Of a stretch of 35,875 nucleotides of DNA, positions 21,309 through 33,329 are shown piece after piece. This DNA comes from Atractiella rhizophila (Eukaryota), in the NCBI GenBank assembly GCA_021432655.1, contig MU271309.1:62001-97875 (forward strand), given 5' to 3'. The position numbers were made by a program, and so were the translations under genes. The notes beneath the pieces were generated by a model. That model made no database searches and had not been told where the DNA came from. It was given only the letters and a program-made list of their open reading frames with translations. How positions within the stretch are numbered: position 1 is the first letter of the stretch; every line of letters starts with the position of its first letter.

Positions 21309-21644
21309 ACTGTAGTGACCGTGTGCTGGGGGTTCCGGAGGAGGAAGTTGTTCGGCGAATGGTATGTTTTACCCACGCTCCTGCGTTTAGCGTAGGCTTG
21401 GTACATGGGGAACCCGTGGCCGCAGAGGTTGTTCCGGGAGGTTTTGGTGCTCTGATGCCATCCCGTACCCGCCCTCGAACCCTCAAGGGTTTCCCCGTCA
21501 TTGCAGGGCATGACCGGGGGATAGCTGGGAGGGGACGGGAGTCAACGGGTCCACGGGACATAGACAGGATGGGGAGGGGGCAATATTATCATTATCAAAC
21601 ACTTCTGCAACTCATTCACCTTTGTCAATCAATCAATTAATCAA

Positions 21645-24400
21645 TCACCATCCTTCCGTTCTGTGCTCCGCCTCCGCCGCCGTCTTTCTTGCCACCTCCG
21701 CCGCCTTCCTCTTCCTCTTGTCATTCTGTTTCACGGCTTCAAATAACTCCTTCATTGGAGGCATGAATCCATCCTGCTCCCACAGCTTGAGCATCATAGC
21801 CAAACGAAAGATGGGGTCCGACAATTGATGACAGAAGTAAGAAACTGTGAAACGACCCGCTGAAAAGGCACGCTCAACATCCACCGAAGTTGCTAGCAAG
21901 TTCAATGAAAGTAGGAAACAGAAGTGAAACTGCATACCTGGGACTGCCATAATATCCAGAGCCATCTCGTGGAACTTCAAACGGAAATGCTCCTTCGCAT
22001 GCTTTGCTTCCCGCCATTGCTGAAAGTGGTACTTGAGGCCGTCCAATTCTGTTGTCCCAAAACCATCCTGTAGGGTCTTGATAGGCAATGGGACACCTTT
22101 GAAGAATTCAGCAAGGTAGTCGGCAGTAGAGTTGTCGTCCGCATCATCGATCATTGCGTCGAGTGCGTACAAGGTCCGAGCCTTCTTTCGGGGACGTGGC
22201 ACAGATGTAGATGCCTGTGAGCAGCGGCTCCTGCCTCAGTTGTGGAAAGCAAAGCATACAGGTTGGACGCACTGGGTTACCCATTTCGACCTTATAATGC
22301 TCTCGCTGAAACTCCTGCAAGCTATCCATGGCTTCCGTTATCCAAGCCTCTTCCCAATCCAACTTTTTATGGTATGCAGCACGACGGTTGGGATGAAGCC
22401 CTAGAGTATCTGTCAGCTTCAGTGCTGAAATGTCTGAGTAGGAAAATATGCAAAGAGCCCATAGATAGATCTTAGAATCTTCGACTACTTTCAGAAAATA
22501 TTTGTCCAAAACTGTCTGTGCAGTTGCAGCACCGGCTTGGATGGCAGCATGCTTCTCAGGAATGTGAATTTCGCCGGCAAGCTCGTAAGTTTCGTAAAGG
22601 CGAGAAATGTGGACGCTGATATTATTGAAGAGGGGAATGATGCTGGCTAAATTAGAGAAGTTGGCCCTCCACATCCAGTCCGTTGCCTGTTTGAAACAGC
22701 TAGGACAAAGTATTAGCTTCTTAGATCAAAGACAAATAAACAGGAAAGACACACTTGCAGAGTCGGATTTGCTTGTTCCATAAGTTCCCACTCCGTTCTC
22801 GTTAATCAGCAGCGTTCAAGTTTTAAGCTTGGTTTACCACAAAGATTTCGCAGTGCCTCTTTCAAGTCTGATAGTCGATCAATCATCGCACCTTCACCAT
22901 TCCAACGTGTGGGACAAGCCTTGACAAGGTGTACAGGAGATAGAAACTTCAGAGGTCCTTCGGGATCCTCCTTTTGAAGAGCGACAATCTCATCATCAAG
23001 TTTGCTTCTGAGCCCATCGTTCAATGCCGTCCTTTGGGCCAGACCAGCAAGCTATTTCATTAATTAAAGGCAGAATTCAAGGAAAGTGAATTGTTGAAAG
23101 ACAATCACTCAGAGGCGTACCTTTGTGAGCATGAAACGAGACTCTAATTCCTCCTTCGCAGAACAACTTGCTTTCGACGCAGCCTCTTCTTGAACTGCAT
23201 CAATTGCCACCGCCTGTGCTTGGGTTTCTTCACTTAGATCTACGGCAGAAGCATCAGAAAGTTACAGCATTTGACTAAACTATACCTTCTAGTTCTGCCG
23301 CTTCTGTGAACCCTGACTCTCTGAGTTCTGCTTCTAATCGTGCTAATGCGACTTCATCCGCCATGATGGAAGTCCCAATACCTGCCACAACCCGCTTCTT
23401 CATAACTGCCTTCTTGAACCTGCTCAAGAATCCCTAGACATTTTACTATCAATCAGTCCACCTTTCCATTTTACAGATGAAACTATTACCTTTGCTACTA
23501 AGTTGAGTATTTGGTCTAAGCATCTCACCCGTAAATCCGCTCTCCAAAGAAGCATCTTCGGATACTTGACCTTGTTTTCCATTGCCAGCGTAAATGTATC
23601 GTTGTTAGATGCGCTGTCGCATGCTGGAGCCATGACCTGTGCACCACGTTAACTCAGGAAGAAAGACTCTATGCACAGACGTAAACACGCACCCTCTCAC
23701 GCATCATATGAATCCAACAGGTCATAGACCAAAGCAGCAATGTTATCTCCCGAATGAGAATCAAGAACACTGTTGCTGTGTTGGTTGCCACAATGAGGAG
23801 ATTCATACGGAATGAAACCAAGAGCAAGTTTCTTCCCATCCCCACGTTCACGGAAGTGAAGGTACACGAGGACATAGCTAAAGCCTTGAGGAGCTGTCCA
23901 ACCATCCAACATAATGAAAAATTTCCCAGGAGCAGCATCGATAGTGCGTTAGTATTCTACGTGAGATTAGAACAGGGTACATACCGAAATTCTTGCCTTC
24001 ACCTTCGCACACACATACCCCTGTAAGTATTTCGCATCCTCTACTATTCTGTGACGATCAATGTTTGGAACACTCTGTGATCCGGGCGTTCATGATAATG
24101 AACATAAACACTCGGCTTGTCGCTGTTCTTGTGAACTTTGGACCTTCCTCAGCGCTGGATGTCGAAATCTATTGTGATATCAGCAGGAAAATTAGGATGA
24201 AGTATCGGAACAGACCAACCAATGATCTCGTCATCCTTCCAACCTTCAAAGCTGGTGTCCATCTCGAAGTCGACCCCTCGTGGTAGTTCTCTCGAGCATG
24301 CTTTCGAGGGACCTGCGAATGGAGTCTGATTCACTGAGATCATCATCTGACGAGTCAAGCTTAATCGCAGTGAGTTTTGAGGATCAGGTGTTCGCAGGGG
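21645..24400 (-). pseudogene. hAT transposase, degenerate, multi-intron
   Basis: LDGWTAP (D1); CDSASNN (D2); RCLDQILNL (CxxH His lost); KACPTRWN; LHP; EMALDIMAVP..ATSVDVERAFSAGR (E). Confidence 0.93.
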
Positions 24401-25242
24401 GGCTGATGCCCTGTCAAGTTCGGTTTGGGATTTTGGACGATTTGGGACGATTCTGGCTTTATTAGGGAACAACTGGGAGGCGCTGCAGGAGCCGTGTGGC
24501 TGCGCGTGCCGCAGCGTCAAACGATGATGGGCTCGATCATAAAGATGAGATTTGGGGCTGGATTTGGAGGGGAATTGGAGTTTTTGGGACAGCAGTGAGC
24601 GTTACTGGTTATCAGATATATCAGAAGTGGTGACATTGCCTTTTTTGCATGGGCTACTAAGTGAGTACATCTATCTTGTCTCAACCTCATTCGGCTTTCG
24701 CATAGCAACAATGCTCCCGAATTGGGGTCAACAGAAAGAGACGCAAGAGCCTAGAGGCTACAATGAAAAGTGCGTCGTTCTCATAGGCAGCGTGTGTACA
24801 TTAACTGGATGTTGCACCTCCTCCTTATCCTCCGGTCAGCTTATGTCCCAGTCCGTTTCATACTCTGATAGCGCTGGGAGTCTCTAGTAGGTTGTATTTG
24901 CGATCTTCTTCTTCCCTCCTGTGACTCTGGTCTCATATTTATTGCAGTAGGCTCCTCTGCCATGACCATGGTGGTCACCACCAAACGACTATATTTAATG
25001 ACCACGCCTGGATAATGCCGGTCAGTGGTCTGCTCATCGTTCGAAGCGGCTTGCTGATAAACTTGGACATTGCTACACACAGAGGATGCAGCCAGCACCA
25101 GATGGAGACTACACTGTCGCTGCGCCAAATTGATTCTTCGCTCTAAGGTGTGTCGTCCTTTCTCTTCTCCTACCGACTTGCTCACGCTGGACGCTCTAGC
25201 AGCACGCATTCCCCTTTGCGAAACCCCAACCCCCCGCAACCG

Positions 25243-25259
25243 CCCCCCCCCCCCCCCCC
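25243..25259 (+). repeat. Poly-C tract (C17) in a C-rich segment
   Basis: Read directly. Confidence 0.9.
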
Positions 25260-25474
25260 GGGGCCCCGGCCACGAAACCTGATTTTGAGGGAAGCACTCA
25301 GTGTGATTCGGGCTATGTTCAAAATCAACGGACTAAGTGTACTTGAGCTAGAAAGATTGTGGCTTACGTAGATCAGAACAGCGGTCGCTTGACAGTTAGG
25401 AAATGGAGATTAGGACTATCTCGCAGATGAAGTGAGAGTCAAAGTATTACAATCTAGACCGTTGGAATGTACAA

Positions 25475-26519
25475 TCAGTCTGTTTCAATTCCTGAGCCAC
25501 TCAACCTTTCCACAATGAACCAATCACCATACCACGGCCTCGGAATAATGGCCACAACTTCCTCTACCTGTTTAACACTAATTACCTCAAAGTCACCTGG
25601 AAGTGCAGGCTGGCACGTTATAAGGACTCCGAAAGGGTCATGTCGTCGATAACCTCGGTAAGGATGGATTAGCGCAAGTGAGTGGGACAGAGTCCCAACC
25701 TTTAGTTGTAGGAAATATATAACTTCGGCGTACTCAATTGAAATGACAGGAGGTCCAGCACGGTCAACCTCGGGGAAAGTAAGCCGCTTGTATTTGACAT
25801 TGCGGCTGATGCAAACGTCCTCAGAGGGCCGCTGGACCTCTTTCCACTTTGAGCGGACAATCTCATTATTTGGTAGCTGCAATCTTGCCCATTTGACAAA
25901 GCAACCATTCCAAGCATCAGATAGGTGCCAGTGTGAAAGATAAGCCTCGACTGCTGAGCGCTCGTCAGAACAGGATAGTTGCACATCCGCCTCACGAGCA
26001 CGTAGGAAGCAGAAAGAATTTCCGAGAGGGGCGGCACCGCGGGGAGGAGGTCTTTGAGTCTGAGGAAGGATAAGGGCTGCATCGATAGAGCGGATTGCCT
26101 GACACTGAGCTTGGCGCATTGTTTCCTGTGCCAGATTTTCATAAGGTCTTGAATGCTGACGGATTCGGGATCCTAACAGTCCAATCGTGCGCTCCAACAT
26201 CCACTGTGTGATGTAGATGAAGGGTCCCACTCGTCGTGTTTGTTCACAAAGGTGGAGTAGTTTGTGAACAGAAGGACGGCAAAAATGAAGCCTTTTGATG
26301 TCGTTCTGATAGTAAATCTGTTCAAATTCTACGACAAATTCGATTATCAGCTTCTCCACTGAATTGAGCACTCAATAAACCAGCATCCCTAGACTTTTCC
26401 AAAAGCCGTTGAGCCCTCTCATGTTTAAAAGCAGTTGAGCGCTTGACCTCAGTCAATATTCCTCCACAAAATATCTCACAGTCACAATAATACGTCCCTT
26501 CATTTGCCGTTGTATCCAT
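25475..26519 (-). pseudogene. CACTA/Tnp2-like transposase with the central catalytic region deleted
   Basis: N-terminal YCDCEIFCGG..VKRSTAFKH (C-x-C..C..H) joined out of frame near 26375 to the C-terminal FEQIYYQ..SVHKLLHL..GPFIYITQWMLERTIG..PYENL..KWARLQLPN..SRNVK..YAEVIYF. HxLxH..GP..ER is typical of Tnp2-type transposases. Confidence 0.75.
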
Positions 26520-26661
26520 TCTATCTAAATCATTTGGGTTACACTGACCAATATCTGTTTTTACATAGTTCGCTTCCGAATACATACCATGTGATGCACT
26601 CGAGCGAGACTCCTTAAATCCTTCTTTCAAAATCAGCATTATCTATCCTTCCTTCCAACCC

Positions 26662-28980
26662 ATGGATCCCATGGACGACATTCTTTTTCCTGGAGCTCAA
26701 AATCATTTGAGCGAAATAAGCGGTTCAAAGGGGAAAGCAGAATCAGGTAATGTTTTTTGGCATATCTCTTTTCTTTTTCTCTTCTGACTGAATTACCAGG
26801 CAATCAGCTCGGTGAGCTTGATGACCTATTCATGGGCAGGCGTGCAGACGAAATGTGGAGTCAAGATGCTAATACATGGCCATCCACACCGTCCTTCAAT
26901 TTCAAGCCGAATTTGCCGCCCCAGAGCTTTTCCCCTACTGAGATGGCTGCAATTCGAAAGGCTAACCAGACGACGCTCTTGGAAGCTGGGAATACTGTTG
27001 TGATAGAACTTCTGTTGAGGATTAGGTATTTAGAAGGGAAGATTGAGACCTTGTGAGTCTTTCTTCTTTATGTAGTTCTAAGCGGGCCAATGGGAACATT
27101 TATTGCAGGGAAAAAACAGTTGCCGTTCCGCTCAACTCTCAATCACCCATCATTACGGCAGGACCATCCACTTCTTCCACACCATCCTCACTCTCCAACA
27201 CTCCCACACCATCCTCACTCTCCAACACTCTCCGCTCACGCCTCCTTTGTGGTACAGGAATAATCACCGTGCCATCCAGTTGGCAGCAATCTGACTATGC
27301 GTATCAGTCGATTTCGCCGACACGTCCGGACACGATTCCAGAGCATCTTTGGCTGGAAAACCTTTGGAATGCATGGAAAAAGGCACAGAAGGAGTCCGGT
27401 AAGAAACCAGGGAAGCTGACCTGGCTAGTCGACGAAGAATGTAACCGCCCTCACCGATTTCCTGTCACAAACAAGCTATCGCCTTTCGGTGTGGAGAAAT
27501 GTCCATCGAACGGGTCAGGAAGGAATGATTGGTGTTATGGAATCTCTTCACCCTGAGCTCACACTGTGTGGTGATCATTTCAAAGCCCAATTCTTCCTGC
27601 AGGAACAGTTGAACGAGGTCCATAAGTTATGGAGAGAGGAGGATGGATTGGAGCCCAAATTTACGAGGCTGAAAGGGGAGGCACCTGACGGATTAGAATC
27701 CTCATTAGGGTCTCGACCATCGACTCCTTTGCCAGCTTCTTGTGCTGGTGTCACACTAAAGTCGTATTTCTCTCTATTCACAATGGAGATTGAGCTTATC
27801 TTAGTCTCCTGCACACCTGTTTGGACAGGCGGAAGCCTAATAAGCGAGCGCGAACAAGGTATGCCATCTTCTAGGCATCCACATCTAGCGTGACACTAAA
27901 CAGGGGAACAGCTTTCATGCATCATTGCAAACCGCGGAGACGATTGCCTTGAGAGATGAGAATCTGAATAGCGAGCCTGGTGAACCCGATACCATGGAAG
28001 TGGACATTGGGAGTGGTATGCTTGGTTCAATGTGTTCATAAATTCGGTTGATTCAGTGTGTATAGCCCAACCTGGTTACCTTGGTCACTCTACTTCAGTA
28101 GGCTCTACACTGTTCTGCAATGCCTTTCGAATCATCGCTAGGTCATGCTACCATCTCAAAATAGTGGGAATTCCTCGAACCCAGACACAAATGGAGATGG
28201 CTTAACAAGAACTCCAGGTGTTTGCCGTCCGTCCTTTTGCGAGCACACACCCCCCTTATCCCAGGCACTTCTAATTCCTGCAACTCCCTTGCCTGTACCA
28301 CCGGCACCTCCAGATGCCCCATCTCTCGCCACACCTCCGCGTCACTTATCCTGTCCACAGGCGACTAACCAACGTCCTCTTCTTGGTTTTGTTGATGAAA
28401 TCCGGGATGACCCTTACACATTGTGTTCTTTCGTTCCATCGACCGTGCTTTACTTCTCTTTCTCATTATCCTAAAGGGTCTTACTCCACCAGCACGAGCT
28501 ACGACGCCACCAGGAGTCTCAGTCAGTCATAATAAAGTTAGGAAAGGACCCGGGTGATTTTGGTAAGCACCTTGTTTCCATCTTCTGTGCAGTTCCATGA
28601 CTGACAAAAGACGTCGCCTCACTGTTCCTGTCAAGTCGTAGCCTCCACAAGCAGAATTCCACTCACACCTGGAGCCATTCCTATCCACATTACGGCCTGC
28701 AGGAACAACTCAGAAACCACAATTGGGAACGGAATGGACCTAAACCCGCTTAGCGGAACATCGACAACTAGATTCCCACTCGCACCTCCACTCCCAATCA
28801 TCCCCCTCCACGTTGGAGCCCATCAGAACAATTCCGAACATACCAACAGGGACAGAATCAATGTGAAGCCACCAGGCATCTCCCCAGTAAGTTTTTACTA
28901 ACTGCTTACTCTTACCATTCTGACAGCGGGCAATCAATGTTAGCATCCGATGGTGCTGACAGCGTCTCAGGATCACAATC
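26662..28980 (+). pseudogene. Multi-exon accessory gene of the 5.3 kb element, function unknown
   Basis: ATG at 26662; intron 26747-26799; coiled-coil-like IELLLRIRYLEGKIETL; S/T/P-rich linker; WNAWKK; ESLHPELTLCGDHFKA; low-complexity tail. The 3' limit is uncertain. Confidence 0.5.
27177..27230 (+). repeat. Tandem repeat, 27 bp x2, in frame (TPSSLSNT)
   Basis: CCACACCATCCTCACTCTCCAACACTC twice. Confidence 0.9.
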
Positions 28981-29253
28981 ACAATAAAGGGCAGTACGTC
29001 TGTTTCTATATCATGTCAAGGACACAAGACTGATGCTAGTCTGTGGCAGGGCTGCATTTCTTCGTTATCGACAGAACGAATGGCGAGTAGAAAATCCGGG
29101 TGCCCCGCTCCCTCTCCCAGCGATGTTCAAAGCCGAGTACAAACAGCTCAGTTCAAAGGAGAAAAATGTATGCCTTCGCACTCCATAGAGCCCGTTGTGA
29201 TGTTTGAGCTACCTTTAGAGCTGGAACAAACTGGCCAGTCAACAACAGGCTCC

Positions 29254-29289
29254 CTCAACGGCCTCAACGAACTCAACGGCCCCAACGAC
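29254..29289 (+). repeat. Degenerate tandem repeat, 9 bp x4 (CTCAACGGC)
   Basis: CTCAACGGC CTCAACGAA CTCAACGGC CCCAACGAC. Confidence 0.8.
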
Positions 29290-30459
29290 CTCTGTTCTCG
29301 CAATGCAATCTTCCGGACCGAATCCCTCTTCCCCAAGACCCACGTTGCATCATCAATCGTTTCCTCATCCTGCCAAGTGATGTTACTGTTGGCACTATGG
29401 ATCCCGCTGTGATTTAGGAGAGAGATTACTATGGTATGGGAGTATTGGGCAATGATATATTTGATTGCAGAGAAGGAGCTCTACCCAAAATGTATATATT
29501 ACTCCCACTTTCATCCACGGATCCCAAAAGAGTCCCAAAAGCGCCTTTAGCTGTGCATTGCAACTGAGTAGACTCATTGCACCAGAAATCCCAAAACCTC
29601 CAGGACAGGTCCAAAAAGTCTACGTGATGGGACAATTTGGGAAGGTTCCCAAAACCGTTCCAAACTGTCCCAAGACCCCAAACCGAACTTGACAGGGGCT
29701 GATGACTGGTGTCTGGGCCCACAGAATCTTTTCGAGTGTACTTGGACATGATGTGATGTCTGACAAGAAAACAATGAGTGATTGCCAGGAGCTCATTCCT
29801 GTTTTTATACCTTTGCAGGTCAGGTTACGGCCGATAGAGACCATGCTCCGCTGATTGCAAGGTCAATCAGACAATTTCATCAGCAGAGCACCTTCCATGG
29901 AAGCAGTATCTCATCCGCGATGGACTCGTCCGAAGCAGGCACTGAAATTCACAATGTTATAGCAAGGGCAGACACATTCAAATCCATTTGCACGACTCAG
30001 CAACTGAGGAGCAATTGGGTAGTATGCATTCAACTTCATGGAGAACATCGTCGGAATCACATAATTCTGTTAATATTGTCATCCGGGTTCTTTCAGCAAC
30101 AAATTGTATACTAAGCTTTTCATAGCTCTTTCTCCAATGCCCGCGTAGAATCGAGTAGAAGGCATCAAATTCTCTCCCCAGTTCAACCAATGACATAAAA
30201 GAAGGAGTCTCGGCCTTTACTTTGAAACGGGGGCGAAGCATACATCTTCTTCATGAGAGGATCCAGCGTGAACTGGTTGCACTCATAGCTTAGTTGCACA
30301 GTTTCGGGTCAAACCCGCGGGTTGCCACAGGTTTCGAATTGGCAAATGTGTTTCCCATCCCCTTCCCTTCCCCGGAAGGACTTTCCCACCGAACCCGTGG
30401 GATTCCCATGAAGGGAAGGGGATGGGCGGGCCATAGGTTCTGACGGGATCCATCCAAAA

Positions 30460-31106
30460 TGTGAGATACAATGGTCAACCCGCTCACATGCGGCAATACC
30501 TTCCTATTCTGGAAGCGGCTCCTGCCTAACTTGGAAGTCACATTGACCACTGTATACCTCACAACTCCCCCGTCTCTCTACACCTCTCCTGTCGGCTCCA
30601 AGCGTGTACAATTGATCGGGAGAAGAAGGGAAGATAACTACATGGTATCTTAGCCTTATCCAGAAGCTGGAAGGCAAGATCCGTCGATTCCCTGGTGAGC
30701 CTTGTTTGATTCCCTTCAGCTTCCTCTTCGTTCCATGCTTTCCGACTATTCTATATTTCTATCTACTCATGTATTATGGGTTTTCCCGCGATGTTGTTTG
30801 ATCTTTTATCCGATTCATTGGCCTATAAAGAGGCCTCACTTGTTAATGTAAAATCATCTTATTCCTCATCATCTTACTTCACACTCACAGCAGAAAGCGC
30901 GGTAAGAATCGAGGTAAGCTCCCCGGGCCGAAGAAGCGCCCCTGTAAGATTCATTCTCTTCGTTCTGAGACCAGATAGCTTGATAAGCGGCCCTACACTT
31001 CAGTGTGGCTTGCATAAGCTGGTTCCTGTCTCTCCTTCTCGTTTAAGCCTCTTAGTTCTCGCTCTATCGAGCTAAAGGAACTCGCTTTTTGCAGTAGAGT
31101 CTCACA
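30460..31106 (+). mobile_element. LTR-like element, family B, long copy (647 bp)
   Basis: TGTGAGA...TCTCACA ends; TATAAAG near 30824; both ends shared, inverted, with 21133-21308. Confidence 0.82.
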
Positions 31107-33329
31107 CGGAACTGTGTATCGTATTGGGCTGTACAGTAAATCCCAGTGCCAGTTTGACAAAACAGTTGGACTGGGACCTGGAGTTTCAGTCCCATGGAGT
31201 TGCGGTTTGGAAGATGTCAAAACTTAGTAAAACTGATAAAACTGGTTTAAAACCTATTTGCGAGTGTCGTAAATAATGCGGCTCCCGTTTGCGTGTGGAC
31301 GCGCACCTTCTGCACAGAACAGCAGCAGTCAAGCTCTTCGAGAAGTATTAGCTTGCCACCAACTTCCATTAATCTGATTGTTTTGCTATCTTTTCATCAT
31401 CCCCCAGCGCCTCCTGCCGGTCGCTTTGCCATTGTCACAACGGCTCGCTTTGAGAGAAGAAGAGCAGTGGTATTTCATTCAACTATTCAGTCAAATCAAC
31501 AATTACCTTCTTTCCAATGCTTTCCTCCTTTGCCCCTCCTTTGCAGTCACAATCACCTTCTTTGACCTGGTTGGCATGGCCACGGCCATGGTGGTTATGG
31601 AACTGGTGCTGGTGTTGGAAAGGAAGGAGATCTGGGAAGAAAGGGAGGCGATCTGGCGTCCCAACTGTGCAACCTGCATATTCGTGCGGTTGCTGGTTGC
31701 TGCGATAGAGCTGGGAGAATGGGGAATGATCGGAAACTGTGAGTTGCTTTAGCTGCTGATGACATATGTGCTTGGAGACTGGAACGTACATTTATGGGCA
31801 ATCCCTTTTTTAACATTATCCATTCTCCTCCGTGGTCTCGAAGAATGTGAAGAGTCAGAATGCCATTATCAAGGTGAAAGATAAGCTTGTAGCCACAGAG
31901 TACACAGTGGGCTGTATCTACGAAAAAATTCTGCCATGACATTCATCGACTGTTTCCTGGTCAGAGTTCTTGACCTTGTAGAACACGCCAAAGATTGAAT
32001 TCCTTCTCCACACGCCTACGTAAGCAGAACATTGCATTGAAAGAGCGACGTACTGTTTTGTCTTTCTCATATTGATATAGTTGTGGTCGACATGGTGAAT
32101 TACAGGCATTGCGGTATTCTGTAATAACTGGAAAGAGCACTGAAATGACGGATGGTGGAGGGAATTGTGAAAAGACATCAGAGTCTATCATCTTTTATAT
32201 AGCACTTGCATCCGAAGAACTTCCAGTCTTTAAATATGAGCCAGGGAAGTTCAGTACCCATTTTTCTCTCCTTCTTGATTCTAGGTTGTCTCCCTGGCTA
32301 GCACTGACGTTGTACATAAGGTCAGTGCTTCCGTACTACTTCAAGGTCCACGGAAAGTATTACGGAGCCACAGGAGACTCGAGGAGGCACCGAAAGTGTC
32401 AAGGAACTCCCAAACATTGCAAAGGCGTAAAGTAGAACACATCCATGAACTTCTACAGGCAAAAAGTATTGTGGAATTGTGGAAGCTGGTTAACCCACAT
32501 TTTGTAAGTTTTACCTGCTTTAAAAGACGAAACGACAGCGTGACACGATGCAACCAACAACCACAAGTCGCCGACCTCCTAGTGTGCGAAACACTCCCCG
32601 AAGGAGTGATCCTGTCTACATCTACGAAGCGCCAAATGAGGACGCCCGTCGGAAGTTGCCTCAACCCACCCCATCACCTTCTCGGCCAGTTGCCCCCCTA
32701 ACTCAACACGCAACTTCAACTATTGCTAGTGCTAGTTCGGGGAAGGTGTTCTCGATTTTTGCCCCTTGTGCTCCAGCGATCAGCACCGGAGAAATGGGGT
32801 CAATTTCTTTGGGTCCGGTCAGTTTTTCTATTCCCCATTGACACCATGGATGTTGATAACTCTTACATTTCCAAGGCACAACAACTTACACCAACTACTA
32901 CCTCCGATGGCGTTACACGGTCAAGTCACACAGAAGCCATGAGAGGCACTGGTAGCAATAGCATGAGGAGGAAGAGGGAAGCTGTCCAACCAGCAGCAGA
33001 CGTATGCTCCTTGTTTCCTATGCACTCCGAGCCCGCTTTCTAACATGATTCCAGCGTCTGACGAAGAAACATAAGAAGTGTGGCGCTCAGGTATCTGTTT
33101 CATCAATTTCAATTGCCTAAGCATAATATATTCAAAAACAGCGCTCAAGTAATGCGGTTTTACCTCTTGACGATAATGAAGGCCTCAATGCGGCTGTGGC
33201 TGAGGGATCGGATGATAACATCCCGTCATTTCCTTCAAAGCGGAGGGAAAAGTACTATGAGTGGTATAAGGTTCGCATCCTCCTTATGTTTGATGCTTTT
33301 GCTAAGTGGGATGGCTGGGTCACTCGTCT

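Larger units (their letters stand above)
24409..29697. mobile_element. 5.3 kb TIR element with CCC...GGG ends, CACTA/EnSpm-like, non-autonomous
   Basis: Perfect 21-bp TIR CCCTGTCAAGTTCGGTTTGGG (24409-24429 and 29677-29697), imperfect to about 50 bp. TTTGGG/CCCAAA subterminal repeats. Flanking direct repeat GCTGATG at 24402-24408 and 29698-29704. Confidence 0.88.
21393..30454 (-). mobile_element. hAT transposon body carrying a nested 5.3 kb element; inverted relative to its other TIR
   Basis: TIR at 21393-21408; ACCCG/ACGGG-rich subterminal regions at about 21410-21560 and 30290-30454; transposase inside. Confidence 0.82.

Noticed and set aside
31120..31255. 5' TIR and subterminal repeats of the hAT at 33330-35875
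   Set aside because: TTGGGCTGTACA is only loosely TIR-like and the other end lies outside the window.
31290..33300. Numerous short ORFs on both strands
   Set aside because: No recognisable motif or consistent exon chain; left unannotated.
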